Assembly: GCA_017537165.1 (NCBI GenBank)
Contig: JAFYLI010000125.1
Coordinates: 1 to 63,178 of the forward strand
Direction of reading: 5' to 3'
DNA from: Oscillospiraceae bacterium
GTDB lineage: Bacteria > Bacillota > Clostridia > Oscillospirales > Oscillospiraceae
Length of the DNA: 63,178 bases
The first letter of the stretch is position 1. Each line of letters begins with the position of its first letter. The translations under genes were made by a program, and so were the position numbers. Shown one piece after another: positions 15,062 to 23,646 of the stretch. The notes under the pieces are model-generated. The model did not search any database. It had not been told where the DNA came from and saw only the letters and a program-made list of their open reading frames with translations.

Positions 15062-16450
15062 TTGAAAAAGCAACACAAATTCCTGTCACTTTTGATTGCC
15101 ATCATTATGGTACTTTACTTATCCGTTCCCGCATGGGCAGCTGATGATTTGATCACCTCGCCTGCCCCCGTGGAACAGCCCAGTTTCTCCATAGGAGGTT
15201 TAGACAATAATGTTTGGGTCACCAAATACGGCAATCTGTACTGCGATTGTTCCGCAGACGCTTTCACAGCGGCAGTTTTCACTTGGGGCGACATAGTTAC
15301 TGTAAAGATTCTTGACCACGAGTTGGTACTCCCCGTTGTTCCTGCCTATTCCTATGTAGATACAGGTGCCTCCGCCATCATCATGGGCAAATCCGAAACC
15401 GGTGATGCTACCGGCTACATATCTTTCGCCATCAACATGGGCAACTTCGCAGAAACCTACGGTATTGCCACCAAGCAGAACGATGCCGATGGCAACTGGT
15501 ATTGGACGGCCATGGAAGGTGTAACCTTCCCCATAACCGTATCCTTTGAGATGGCTGAGCAGGGCGGCTACATGGCAGAGTATCTGCTGCGCGATCTCAT
15601 CCGCACCAATGCCCGCGAGGATTACGCAGACCTCAGCGACGAAGAGTTTGCTAACTTCCGTCCCATTACCACCGGCGGCATGAGCGAAGGCGTACTGTAC
15701 CGTTCTTCCAGCCCCATCAATCCCAAGCTCAACCGCAACACCTACGCTGATGCCGCCATCAACGCAGCGGGCGTAAAGACCATCGTCAATCTGGCAGACA
15801 ACATATCTGTTGCCGCCGAATATGAAGGTTTTGCTTCTACTTATTATGCTGCTCAAAATGTTGTATATCTGTCGCTGGGTGCAGACTTCCAGGCCAATGA
15901 TTTCAAAACAGGTCTGGCCGCTGCCCTGCGTCACATAGCCACCAACGAAGGCCCCTACCTGATCCACTGCACCGAGGGCAAGGACCGCGCCGGTTATGTC
16001 AACGCTATACTTGAGTGCTACATGGGTGCCACCTATGATGAGGTCGTTGCAGACTATATGCGTACCTATATCAACTACTACGGTGTGGAACTCGGCAGCG
16101 AGAAGTACGATGCCATTGCCAACAGCAACATAGTTAAGACTCTGCAGCAGACATTCAATGTAGCAGATCTTTCAACCGCAGATCTGCAGGCATGCGCCGC
16201 AGCCTACTTCAAGTCCATCGGTCTCACCGATACCGAGCTGGCAGCTCTCACCGCCAACCTGAGCGAGGACTACACTCAGGCCGAGCAGGCATCCTACACC
16301 GTAGCAAATGGCGACTCTCTGTGGAAGATCGCAAAAACCGTGTGCGGCAAGGGCTCCATGTGGAAGGCCATCTATGATGCCAATATAAACATCGTCAAGG
16401 AGCCCAACCTCATTTATGTTGGCCAGACCTTGATTCTTCCCGCAGCATAA
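15062..16450 (+). CDS. secreted protein with a CX5R tyrosine-phosphatase-like domain and a C-terminal LysM domain
   Basis: TTG start with an AAAGGTGG RBS. Signal peptide ending in PAWA. Active-site-like HCTEGKDRAG. LysM motif YTVANGDSLWKIA...YVGQTLILP. Confidence 0.75.
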   Translation: MKKQHKFLSLLIAIIMVLYLSVPAWAADDLITSPAPVEQPSFSIGGLDNNVWVTKYGNLYCDCSADAFTAAVFTWGDIVTVKILDHELVLPVVPAYSYVDTGASAIIMGKSETGDATGYISFAINMGNFAETYGIATKQNDADGNWYWTAMEGVTFPITVSFEMAEQGGYMAEYLLRDLIRTNAREDYADLSDEEFANFRPITTGGMSEGVLYRSSSPINPKLNRNTYADAAINAAGVKTIVNLADNISVAAEYEGFASTYYAAQNVVYLSLGADFQANDFKTGLAAALRHIATNEGPYLIHCTEGKDRAGYVNAILECYMGATYDEVVADYMRTYINYYGVELGSEKYDAIANSNIVKTLQQTFNVADLSTADLQACAAAYFKSIGLTDTELAALTANLSEDYTQAEQASYTVANGDSLWKIAKTVCGKGSMWKAIYDANINIVKEPNLIYVGQTLILPAA

Positions 16451-16469
16451 TCTCAGCAAATATAACATA

Positions 16470-16521
16470 CACCCAATGTAAAACACCCATCAGAAAGGCA
16501 TGTTTTACATTGGGTGTTTTT
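16470..16521 (+). terminator. intrinsic terminator
   Basis: Perfect 16-bp stem CACCCAATGTAAAACA/TGTTTTACATTGGGTG followed by TTTTT. Confidence 0.85.
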
Positions 16522-16606
16522 ACTGACACATAAATTTATCTTGTTATACAATCATTTTTGATATAAAATTACAAGGTGCTTTCATCAACCGTAAGGATGT
16601 GTTTTC

Positions 16607-17338
16607 GTGGATACAAGAATAAGCAGATTTGGTCTTTCAAAGGCCAAACTAATCGTAACTGCCCTTTGTTGTCTTTTCAGTCTCATTTCGCTCTTCATCG
16701 TTTACAAGAACAACGGCGAGACTTTCGACTATTTTTACTGTCTTGCCACAATTCCATTTGTTTGTCTCCCCACTCTTCTCAGCATCATATTCAAGTGGAA
16801 GCTTAACTTAGGATTTTACATTGTTTTTTCGTTATACGCCCTCGGCCCCCTGCTCGGCGCAGTATATGCTCTGTACTACATTACATGGTGGTGGGACGAT
16901 TTGCTCCACGCGCTTGCGGGTGTTCTTTTCGCTGTTTGCGGCGCTTACATCGCAATCGTACTGAACAGAAACGGCAAAACACACTACCTGCTTTCCGCCA
17001 TGTTTGGCCTTTTCTTCTCCATGGGAATCGCCGTCTTATGGGAGCTTTTTGAGTACAGTGCCGACATGCTGCTCGGCAGCGATATGCAGGCTGATACTGT
17101 TGTAAACTATCTTGCCACAAAGGTAGGCAGAAACGATGGCGGGCTGACTGTATTCGAAGGCATTAACGATGTTGTAATTGATGGCAAATCTCTTGGTCTT
17201 GGAGGCTATCTTGATATAGGTCTGATTGACACAATCAGTGATATGGCCGTTGAAACGGCGGGCAGCATTCTCTATCTTATCTATGCCGTGATCGACCGCG
17301 AACGCCATCCTCTTATACTAAGCGTGAAAAAGCGCTGA
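16607..17338 (+). CDS. polytopic membrane protein, function unknown
   Basis: 243 aa. GTG start with an AAGGA RBS 9 nt upstream. About 6 TM helices. Confidence 0.6.
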   Translation: MDTRISRFGLSKAKLIVTALCCLFSLISLFIVYKNNGETFDYFYCLATIPFVCLPTLLSIIFKWKLNLGFYIVFSLYALGPLLGAVYALYYITWWWDDLLHALAGVLFAVCGAYIAIVLNRNGKTHYLLSAMFGLFFSMGIAVLWELFEYSADMLLGSDMQADTVVNYLATKVGRNDGGLTVFEGINDVVIDGKSLGLGGYLDIGLIDTISDMAVETAGSILYLIYAVIDRERHPLILSVKKR

Positions 17339-17364
17339 GCGATTTTTCATAAATACGGACAAAG

Positions 17365-17401
17365 AAAATGGTACAGTTCAAAAAAAGAACTGTACCATTT
17401 T
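17365..17401. terminator. bidirectional intrinsic terminator
   Basis: AAAATGGTACAGTTC-aaaaaaa-GAACTGTACCATTTT. Confidence 0.8.
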
Positions 17402-17413
17402 CATCGTGATAGA

Positions 17414-19120
17414 TCAGCGCATTACCTCTGCGCTGTATTCAGTCATTCCAAAGAAGAACTTTCTCTGTCTTTCATTAGAGATTATGTGGACGGGTTTTAC
17501 CTGAGTGGACGCGGTTCCCTTGGCGATCATCATGTCTTTATACAGCAGATAGGTTTCGGGTTCAAGGAAGTTGAGGCGAGTATCGCCGCAAACTTTGGAC
17601 TTTACCTTTTGGCCCATAGAAGGGTTGGCTTCGGCTATATATTTCTCCAGAACTTCGCGGATGATTTTGGGGTTAAGCTCAGAAGGAACATTTTCGACCT
17701 CTACAAAATACTGATAACGCACGGGAACGGAGTTCATGTCAGGGTATACGGAATAATCGACAAGAGTGAAGCCAAGTTCATCAGCTGTGTTTTGGATGGC
17801 AGCGGTAAGAGCCTGCTCGGAGGTCTTTTCGCCCATGATACTTACAAGATGGTCTCTACGGGTAGAGTATGTAAGAGTGGGGGTGTTCTTGAACTTGCCT
17901 GCAATACGGACTATATCCTTCATTCTGTAACGGCACAGACCTGAGGTGTTTGTAACTATCAATTCGTATTCCTTGCCTTCTTCCACTTTATCCAGCGTAA
18001 CGATCTGAGAGAAGTCGTCATCAGCTTCCAAGGGCAGGAATTCATAGAATACGGAGTCAGGAATGATAACCGTGTCATCTCTGTCCATAGCATAAGCGAC
18101 CGTGAACAAACCCTCAGATGCGGCGATGCCGAACTTCAGCAGACGAATACCGTCATCGCCAATATAGCGCTCGTTCATCATCTTGTACTGGGCAGCAAAG
18201 GAGCCGGAGGCAATACCGATTACAAAACGCATCTCAGGCCACAGTCTTTTCATGATAGGTGTTTCAAAACCTTCTTCGAATATGGCTCGCAGCTCTGCCG
18301 CACGCTCTGGCATGGGCTTAAGCTCATTTTCCAGCTTTGCACGGACATCCTCGGGCATACGGATGGATGCGTCTATTGTACCCGTTTCTATATCATGGCA
18401 AAGCATCTTCCACTCTTTTTCGATATATCTCATCTGCTCCAGCAGGAAGCTGAAGAAGGTACCATGCAGGCAAACTGCACCCTTGTCCATCAAGGCATAT
18501 CTGGCATGGAGATAACGAGTGTTGGTATCACCGCGGGGATAGAGAGCCTCATCGGGAGCGGTGAAAATATCGGGCAGCTTGGAACGCATGGATCTGGACT
18601 GCTTCTGAGAAATCGCGCCAAAAGTAGCACCGCAGGGCAGATACTGCTCCTTGTCGGTAGCTTCCATAAGTCGAATATGTCTGCCATTTGTGAAATCGGG
18701 GCCAATGGTACTCTCGATGACACCCAGATGGCAGTACTCGGTGTACTGAACGAAAGTTTCAAGAGCTTGGTCGCTCATAGGTATACGCTTTGGGGTTCCG
18801 GTTGTGCCGGAGGTTCTGTTGTAGTGGTGAATATCCTCGGCAAAGAAAAGACCGTTTTCGCCATTTTCGGTCATTCTAAGGATATACTCTACGTAGTCGT
18901 CATATGTGGTGATAGGCATTTTACGCTGGAAATCTTCAATGGAGTGCATATCCGCAAAACCCATTTTCTTACCGAACTCTGTGTCTTTGTTCATCTCCAG
19001 CATCTGCATAAGCAATGCCTCATTGTGTTTCATAGGGTCCTCGCAGATCTCACTGAGGTGGGCAAAAACTTCCTTGCCGATCTCAAGATTCTGCAAATTG
19101 GTCTGTTTTGTCTTATCCAT
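17414..19120 (-). CDS. GH3 (Gretchen-Hagen-3) family acyl-acid amido synthetase-like adenylating enzyme
   Basis: 568 aa. P-loop-like NRTSGTTGTPKRIP, and the overall length and pattern match bacterial GH3 auxin-responsive-family proteins. Confidence 0.7.
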   Translation of the reverse strand: MDKTKQTNLQNLEIGKEVFAHLSEICEDPMKHNEALLMQMLEMNKDTEFGKKMGFADMHSIEDFQRKMPITTYDDYVEYILRMTENGENGLFFAEDIHHYNRTSGTTGTPKRIPMSDQALETFVQYTEYCHLGVIESTIGPDFTNGRHIRLMEATDKEQYLPCGATFGAISQKQSRSMRSKLPDIFTAPDEALYPRGDTNTRYLHARYALMDKGAVCLHGTFFSFLLEQMRYIEKEWKMLCHDIETGTIDASIRMPEDVRAKLENELKPMPERAAELRAIFEEGFETPIMKRLWPEMRFVIGIASGSFAAQYKMMNERYIGDDGIRLLKFGIAASEGLFTVAYAMDRDDTVIIPDSVFYEFLPLEADDDFSQIVTLDKVEEGKEYELIVTNTSGLCRYRMKDIVRIAGKFKNTPTLTYSTRRDHLVSIMGEKTSEQALTAAIQNTADELGFTLVDYSVYPDMNSVPVRYQYFVEVENVPSELNPKIIREVLEKYIAEANPSMGQKVKSKVCGDTRLNFLEPETYLLYKDMMIAKGTASTQVKPVHIISNERQRKFFFGMTEYSAEVMR

Positions 19121-19152
19121 ATTACTAATTTATAACACCTACTTGTAGTGTA

Positions 19153-20037
19153 TTAAATTTTCTTTTCCTTCGCACGGAGCAAATTCGTATACACGCGCTC
19201 GGGGATATTAAGGTTACCCTTTCCCGTGCCAAGAAATATATCAGGCTTTACCGAACCATGGAAATCGCTGCCTCCGCTTACCGACAATCCGTATTCCGAG
19301 GCAATCTCCTCCGCAATGCAAATCATTTCATCGGTATATGATGAGTGCATAGTTTCAATGCCAAATAATCCCGACTCGATGGCTTCTGGGAGAAGCTCCC
19401 TCAGTTCCTGCTCAGTCATATCCTGCAGAGGATGCGCCAAAATGGGAAGCACGCCTATCCGCCGAAGATCCTTGATCACGTCCGTTAACTGCAGACGCGA
19501 CGGCGGCAGATAGAACCCGGCATCTTCGCTGAGTATTGTATCAAACGCCTCTTTTATAGACTGCACATACCCTTGTTCCAAAAGCTCCGCAGCCATATGC
19601 GCGCGGTTTGCGTTGCCATTGGGATTGCGCCGCTTGACATTTGCATAGTCTATGGCATAACCTGCATTGTTAAGTCTCTCAACCAATTCCATATTGCTGA
19701 TTTCTTTCAGAACATGCTGTTCCTTTACTAAGCGTTCAATCGCGGCATAGTGCTCCGGCAAAACAAATAGTCCCAGCAAATGGAGTTCTTTACCTTTATA
19801 ATCCGTTGAAAATTCAACGCCCGGTACCGCCGCTACACCAAGCTCGCGAGCCGTTTCCATAAATTCAGGTAAGCCTGCAGCAGTGTTATGGTCAGTAAGC
19901 GCAATGATCAATCCCAGTTGCTTGGCTTCGGTAACAATTTCCCGCGGAGTATACGTCCCATCCGAAAAAACAGAATGCGTATGAAGGTCGCACCGCAAGG
20001 AGCAAACCGATTCACTATATAGTTTATTTTGTTCCAT
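19153..20037 (-). CDS. PHP-domain metal-dependent phosphoesterase
   Basis: CDLHTHSVFSDG...ALTDHNT N-terminal PHP motifs, and a late GGSDFHG motif. Confidence 0.75.
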   Translation of the reverse strand: MEQNKLYSESVCSLRCDLHTHSVFSDGTYTPREIVTEAKQLGLIIALTDHNTAAGLPEFMETARELGVAAVPGVEFSTDYKGKELHLLGLFVLPEHYAAIERLVKEQHVLKEISNMELVERLNNAGYAIDYANVKRRNPNGNANRAHMAAELLEQGYVQSIKEAFDTILSEDAGFYLPPSRLQLTDVIKDLRRIGVLPILAHPLQDMTEQELRELLPEAIESGLFGIETMHSSYTDEMICIAEEIASEYGLSVSGGSDFHGSVKPDIFLGTGKGNLNIPERVYTNLLRAKEKKI

Positions 20038-20105
20038 GCGTCAACTTCTTTCCTATCAGTTCAACCGTTTAGTCTTTATGGGTGCAGTTTCTGCACCCCC
20101 ACACT

Positions 20106-21056
20106 TTACATACCAATCAGCGGACTCAGTAATCCCCACAGCAAGTTACCCATCAGGCCCACCAAAAACAGCAGAACCATATAAATCAACATACTCAATT
20201 TACTGATGGTATCACGCGCAATTCCGAAATAGAAGTTAAAATGGCCATAGAGATTTCTCTCTCTGGATTCATTCCATTCATAAGTTATAGCATCGTCGCA
20301 CTCAAAACCTTCCGGCGCATATTCGCCAAACAATTCCTTTTCCATGCGGTGAATACGATAACAATTGGAGTCATTAACCTGATAGTCATCCTGCAGCGAC
20401 AGCGTTACAACTACTTTGTTTAATTTCTGTCTATGGAATGCGCCGATTTGGTTAATTTCATCCGGCAGCAATCGTGCCTCATTTACACGGACTGAGCAGG
20501 CATACTTTTCAGAAACAACCGGGCTGGTTATGAGATCGCGCAAGCGAGCAAAGGCATCACGCACATCCAGCTGCGGCCTAAACAGGCTGTCCAAATTTTT
20601 ATGAGGCAGACGGAACATAAAATATGCCTCATCGTTATCCAGATAATCTGTCAGCGTATCAATCGGCACCGTAAGCAAGGTTCCACCTGCTAACGGTTTC
20701 AAAGTATAATCCGTGCATGAAATATGGACAAGATCCACCGTTTTTCCGTGGTAAGCCATCTCGGACGTATACTGATTTTTCATATAATCCAAAATGCATC
20801 TGGTGCTGAAAATAGCGCGAAATACATTTTCGTTTCTAAGATGATGCGAAAGATCCTCAACTTCTGTCTTCTCCACTTGAAACGGTATGTACAAATTAAA
20901 ATTGCGCGTTCCTTTTATACCACGTATTCTTACCGCTACGTCTACATAACTTTTTCCCTTAGGATTAACCCATTCGTTCAAATAGAAGGTGCTTGTGTCT
21001 TCACCTGTAACCCATATAGCCCAGCCGTCATCGGCAAAGCTTTTTCTTTTTGCCAT
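20106..21056 (-). CDS. tail-anchored hypothetical protein (316 aa)
   Basis: Long ORF with a single C-terminal TM segment (LSMLIYMVLLFLVGLMGNLLWGLL). I recognise no motif. Confidence 0.65.
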   Translation of the reverse strand: MAKRKSFADDGWAIWVTGEDTSTFYLNEWVNPKGKSYVDVAVRIRGIKGTRNFNLYIPFQVEKTEVEDLSHHLRNENVFRAIFSTRCILDYMKNQYTSEMAYHGKTVDLVHISCTDYTLKPLAGGTLLTVPIDTLTDYLDNDEAYFMFRLPHKNLDSLFRPQLDVRDAFARLRDLITSPVVSEKYACSVRVNEARLLPDEINQIGAFHRQKLNKVVVTLSLQDDYQVNDSNCYRIHRMEKELFGEYAPEGFECDDAITYEWNESRERNLYGHFNFYFGIARDTISKLSMLIYMVLLFLVGLMGNLLWGLLSPLIGM

Positions 21057-21097
21057 ATTCGCACCTCTTCAGAGCAGCATCAAATATATTTTCTTTA

Positions 21098-22273
21098 TTA
21101 ATAATACAGCTGATCCACCAAAGGCAGCAGTTCATTCAGGCGCTGCTTGCACAGAGCAATAAGTTCCTGGCCGTCAGGTGTATTGAGTCCGTTGCGGCGA
21201 ATGGTACGGCGCATCATACGGGCATAACCGATGATCTGCGCTTTGCGTGCCGCATCCATGCGTGCAGCCTCGTCCTCGAAATACTTCTCCATAAGCTTTT
21301 CCCAAATTTTCTCGGTTATCTCGCGGGGCAGGCCGTAGAAATCCATTGTTACCTGAGGATCACACTCACTGTAGCCAACAAAGCCGAGATAAATTGCGGC
21401 AAAATCAAAAATGGGATGGCCGTATGCCACAGTATCCATATCAATGAGAAGGGGTTCGCCGTCCTGAATCATAACGTTGTTGGCATGATAGTCGCCGTGG
21501 ATCATAAACTCGGGTTCGGGAATCTCTTTCATCATAGCGACCAGCTTTTCCCACTGTTCTGCAGGCAGGTAGGGCTGCAGGAATTCTGCCCAATCCACGC
21601 CGGTTGCCTTAATGGGAGGCATCTCACCGGGCATTACCGGAGTGCTATGAATTTTCTTGAGCAAGTCGGTATAAATAGCTACGTTCTCTTCCAAACTATC
21701 GGGATTTGCAATCAGCAGCTTTGCGATAGACTTGGCGCTGAGAAGTTCCGCAACGGAGCCGTAGTAATCACCGACTTTTACTACATCATAAGGAATAGCG
21801 GTATTGATACCCTTGATAAATACCTTGCGGCACAGATCCTTTTCAAGTCTGATTTCTTCCAGAGATGCACCGTTGTGATAGATTTTTACTATAGTTTCAG
21901 GGTCATAGCGGTATACCGCACCGTTAGCACCCTTTGCGATCAGTTCGCAGCCGTCCAAAGAGAGACGGCGAAATGCCTTTTCTACGGTGATCATATCGGT
22001 AAAACCGGTCATATCGAGGATCTCATATACCTCGGCATTGACGTTAATGATTTTCAAATCTGCCGCATCTTTGCGCATACGCAGAACAACGCGAAGGCCT
22101 GCAGAAGAGAGATACTCCAAATTTTCGGCATCGAGAACACTCGGCATATCAGGGTGCGCCGCCTTGATTTCCTTGATCATTTCTTCCGCCTTGTCAGCGT
22201 TGGACGAATCAATGCGTCCGTTCAACTCCAAATACAGGATATTATCTTCAATACGTTCTGTTATAAGAGACAT
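21098..22273 (-). CDS. STAS domain fused to an APH/choline-kinase-like phosphotransferase domain
   Basis: N-terminal STAS domain (LEYLSSAGLRVVL...ILDMTGF). C-terminal kinase-fold motifs IHGDYHANNVMI and LIDMDT. AAAGGAAG RBS. Confidence 0.75.
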   Translation of the reverse strand: MSLITERIEDNILYLELNGRIDSSNADKAEEMIKEIKAAHPDMPSVLDAENLEYLSSAGLRVVLRMRKDAADLKIINVNAEVYEILDMTGFTDMITVEKAFRRLSLDGCELIAKGANGAVYRYDPETIVKIYHNGASLEEIRLEKDLCRKVFIKGINTAIPYDVVKVGDYYGSVAELLSAKSIAKLLIANPDSLEENVAIYTDLLKKIHSTPVMPGEMPPIKATGVDWAEFLQPYLPAEQWEKLVAMMKEIPEPEFMIHGDYHANNVMIQDGEPLLIDMDTVAYGHPIFDFAAIYLGFVGYSECDPQVTMDFYGLPREITEKIWEKLMEKYFEDEAARMDAARKAQIIGYARMMRRTIRRNGLNTPDGQELIALCKQRLNELLPLVDQLYY

Positions 22274-22360
22274 AATATTCTTCCTTTCAATTATACCCTG
22301 CTGTCCGGCCGAATAAATCGGCCGGACAGCAGCGACTTTTATAGGTGTTGCAGGTTACGT

Positions 22361-23635
22361 TTATTCGGCCACTTTGCCGTATTTTTCAAGACAATATCTC
22401 TCCAAATTTTCAGCTACCTTCTTTGTGTAAACTACCGCCTCAACAACGGTCTTGGGGCCGCTTACAACGTCGCCTGCAGCAAACACGCCGGGGATATTTG
22501 TCATACCGTTTTCATCTACAACGAAAAGACCTCTCAATGTGGTCTCGATCTGAGCTTCTCCGGAAGGAGCACTCTTCGGGCCCTGACCGATAGCAAGTAT
22601 TACAGTGTCCGCCTCAATCAGTCGGTTCGAGAGCATATTTTCCTCGAACACTACTTCCCCGTTCTCATTTTCTATCGCTTCTACTTCTGCGCAGATAACA
22701 CCCTCGTCTGTAATACGCAGTACGGACAGCAGGTGCTGGAATTTGACACCTTCTTCAACTGCCATCACAACCTCTTCATTAGCGGCAGTTATATCCTGCT
22801 CTCTGCGGTTATTGATAACAGTTACCTGAGCGTTGCTGTTCACACGAATTGCCGTACGTGCAGCATCCATAGCTACGTTGCCGGCACCAATTACAACGAC
22901 CTTATCGCCAAGATCATGCACATTGGGCGCTTTGAGGAAATCAATTGCAAAATGCACATGTCCCAAAGTTTCGCCCAGCAGGCCCAAACGATTGGGCTTT
23001 GCCGTTCCGACAGCCAGGAATACTGCGCTATAGCCGTCCATGAACATGTCGTCAACGGACAGATTGGAGCCGATATAGCAGGAGGGCTTTACCGTTACAC
23101 CCAGCTTGCGCAGAATATCTCTGTATGCATCTACCTTATCTTTGGGCAGACGGAACGCGGGAATACCGTAGCGCAGGACGCCGCCGATCTGATCCTGAGC
23201 CTCCATAAGCGTTACCTGGAAACCTTTTTTGGCCAAGATAATGCTCATGGTAATTCCTGCAGGACCTGCTCCGACAACAGCTACGCGTATGCCGTTCTTC
23301 TCAGGCTTGGAACAGTCAAATTCGCTGATATACTTTCCGGATATGTACTGCTCGATTTTAAAGAAAGGTATGGCTTTCTGCTTGGCGCCTAGAACGCAGT
23401 TGCCGAAGCAGTTATTTTCATGAGGACATACTATTGAGCAGATAGCGCTCAGAGGATTATTTTCAAAAAGCACCTCTCCCGCTTCCGCATCCTTATCCTC
23501 GAGAAACAGTTTCATGATTTCAGGAATATCCGTCGAAATCGGACAAGCCTTTTTGCAGCGAGGCACTTTGCATTTCAGACATCTGCCCGCTTCTTCCAAA
23601 AGCGTAGAGCGATTTTCTGTTGACAAATTACTCAT
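22361..23635 (-). CDS. GltD-family NAD(P)H-dependent oxidoreductase (glutamate synthase small-subunit-like, Fe-S plus FAD)
   Basis: Cys clusters CLKCKVPRCKKACP and CPHENNCFGNC. Dinucleotide-binding VAVVGAGPAG and VVVIGAGNVAMD. Confidence 0.8.
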   Translation of the reverse strand: MSNLSTENRSTLLEEAGRCLKCKVPRCKKACPISTDIPEIMKLFLEDKDAEAGEVLFENNPLSAICSIVCPHENNCFGNCVLGAKQKAIPFFKIEQYISGKYISEFDCSKPEKNGIRVAVVGAGPAGITMSIILAKKGFQVTLMEAQDQIGGVLRYGIPAFRLPKDKVDAYRDILRKLGVTVKPSCYIGSNLSVDDMFMDGYSAVFLAVGTAKPNRLGLLGETLGHVHFAIDFLKAPNVHDLGDKVVVIGAGNVAMDAARTAIRVNSNAQVTVINNRREQDITAANEEVVMAVEEGVKFQHLLSVLRITDEGVICAEVEAIENENGEVVFEENMLSNRLIEADTVILAIGQGPKSAPSGEAQIETTLRGLFVVDENGMTNIPGVFAAGDVVSGPKTVVEAVVYTKKVAENLERYCLEKYGKVAE

Positions 23636-23646
23636 AAGTTCTCCCC

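Noticed and set aside
22290-22332. 14-bp GC-rich hairpin (CTGCTGTCCGGCCG/CGGCCGGACAGCAG) with an adjacent TATAAT, considered as a terminator plus promoter between the GltD-like and STAS-kinase genes.
   Set aside because: No U-run follows the hairpin on the coding (minus) strand. The TATAAT lies only about 17 nt from the ATG, which leaves no room for a leader with the RBS. It is more likely an intercistronic stabilising or processing hairpin within the operon.
21050-23392. 780-aa plus-strand ORF. Similar long antisense ORFs occur at 4183-5406, 23974-25665, 29911-31506, 34709-36028, 43445-44686, 46251-47588, 52021-54081 and 59930-61867.
   Set aside because: Each lies exactly antisense to one or more genes with unmistakable family motifs (STAS-kinase/GltD-like, GH3, SpoIIE, NlpC/P60, ABC, HK, FAD oxidase, nagB/glmM, cupin/glnS). 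They lack RBSs and have low-complexity, Cys/His/Ile-rich translations. They are classic shadow ORFs caused by codon bias.
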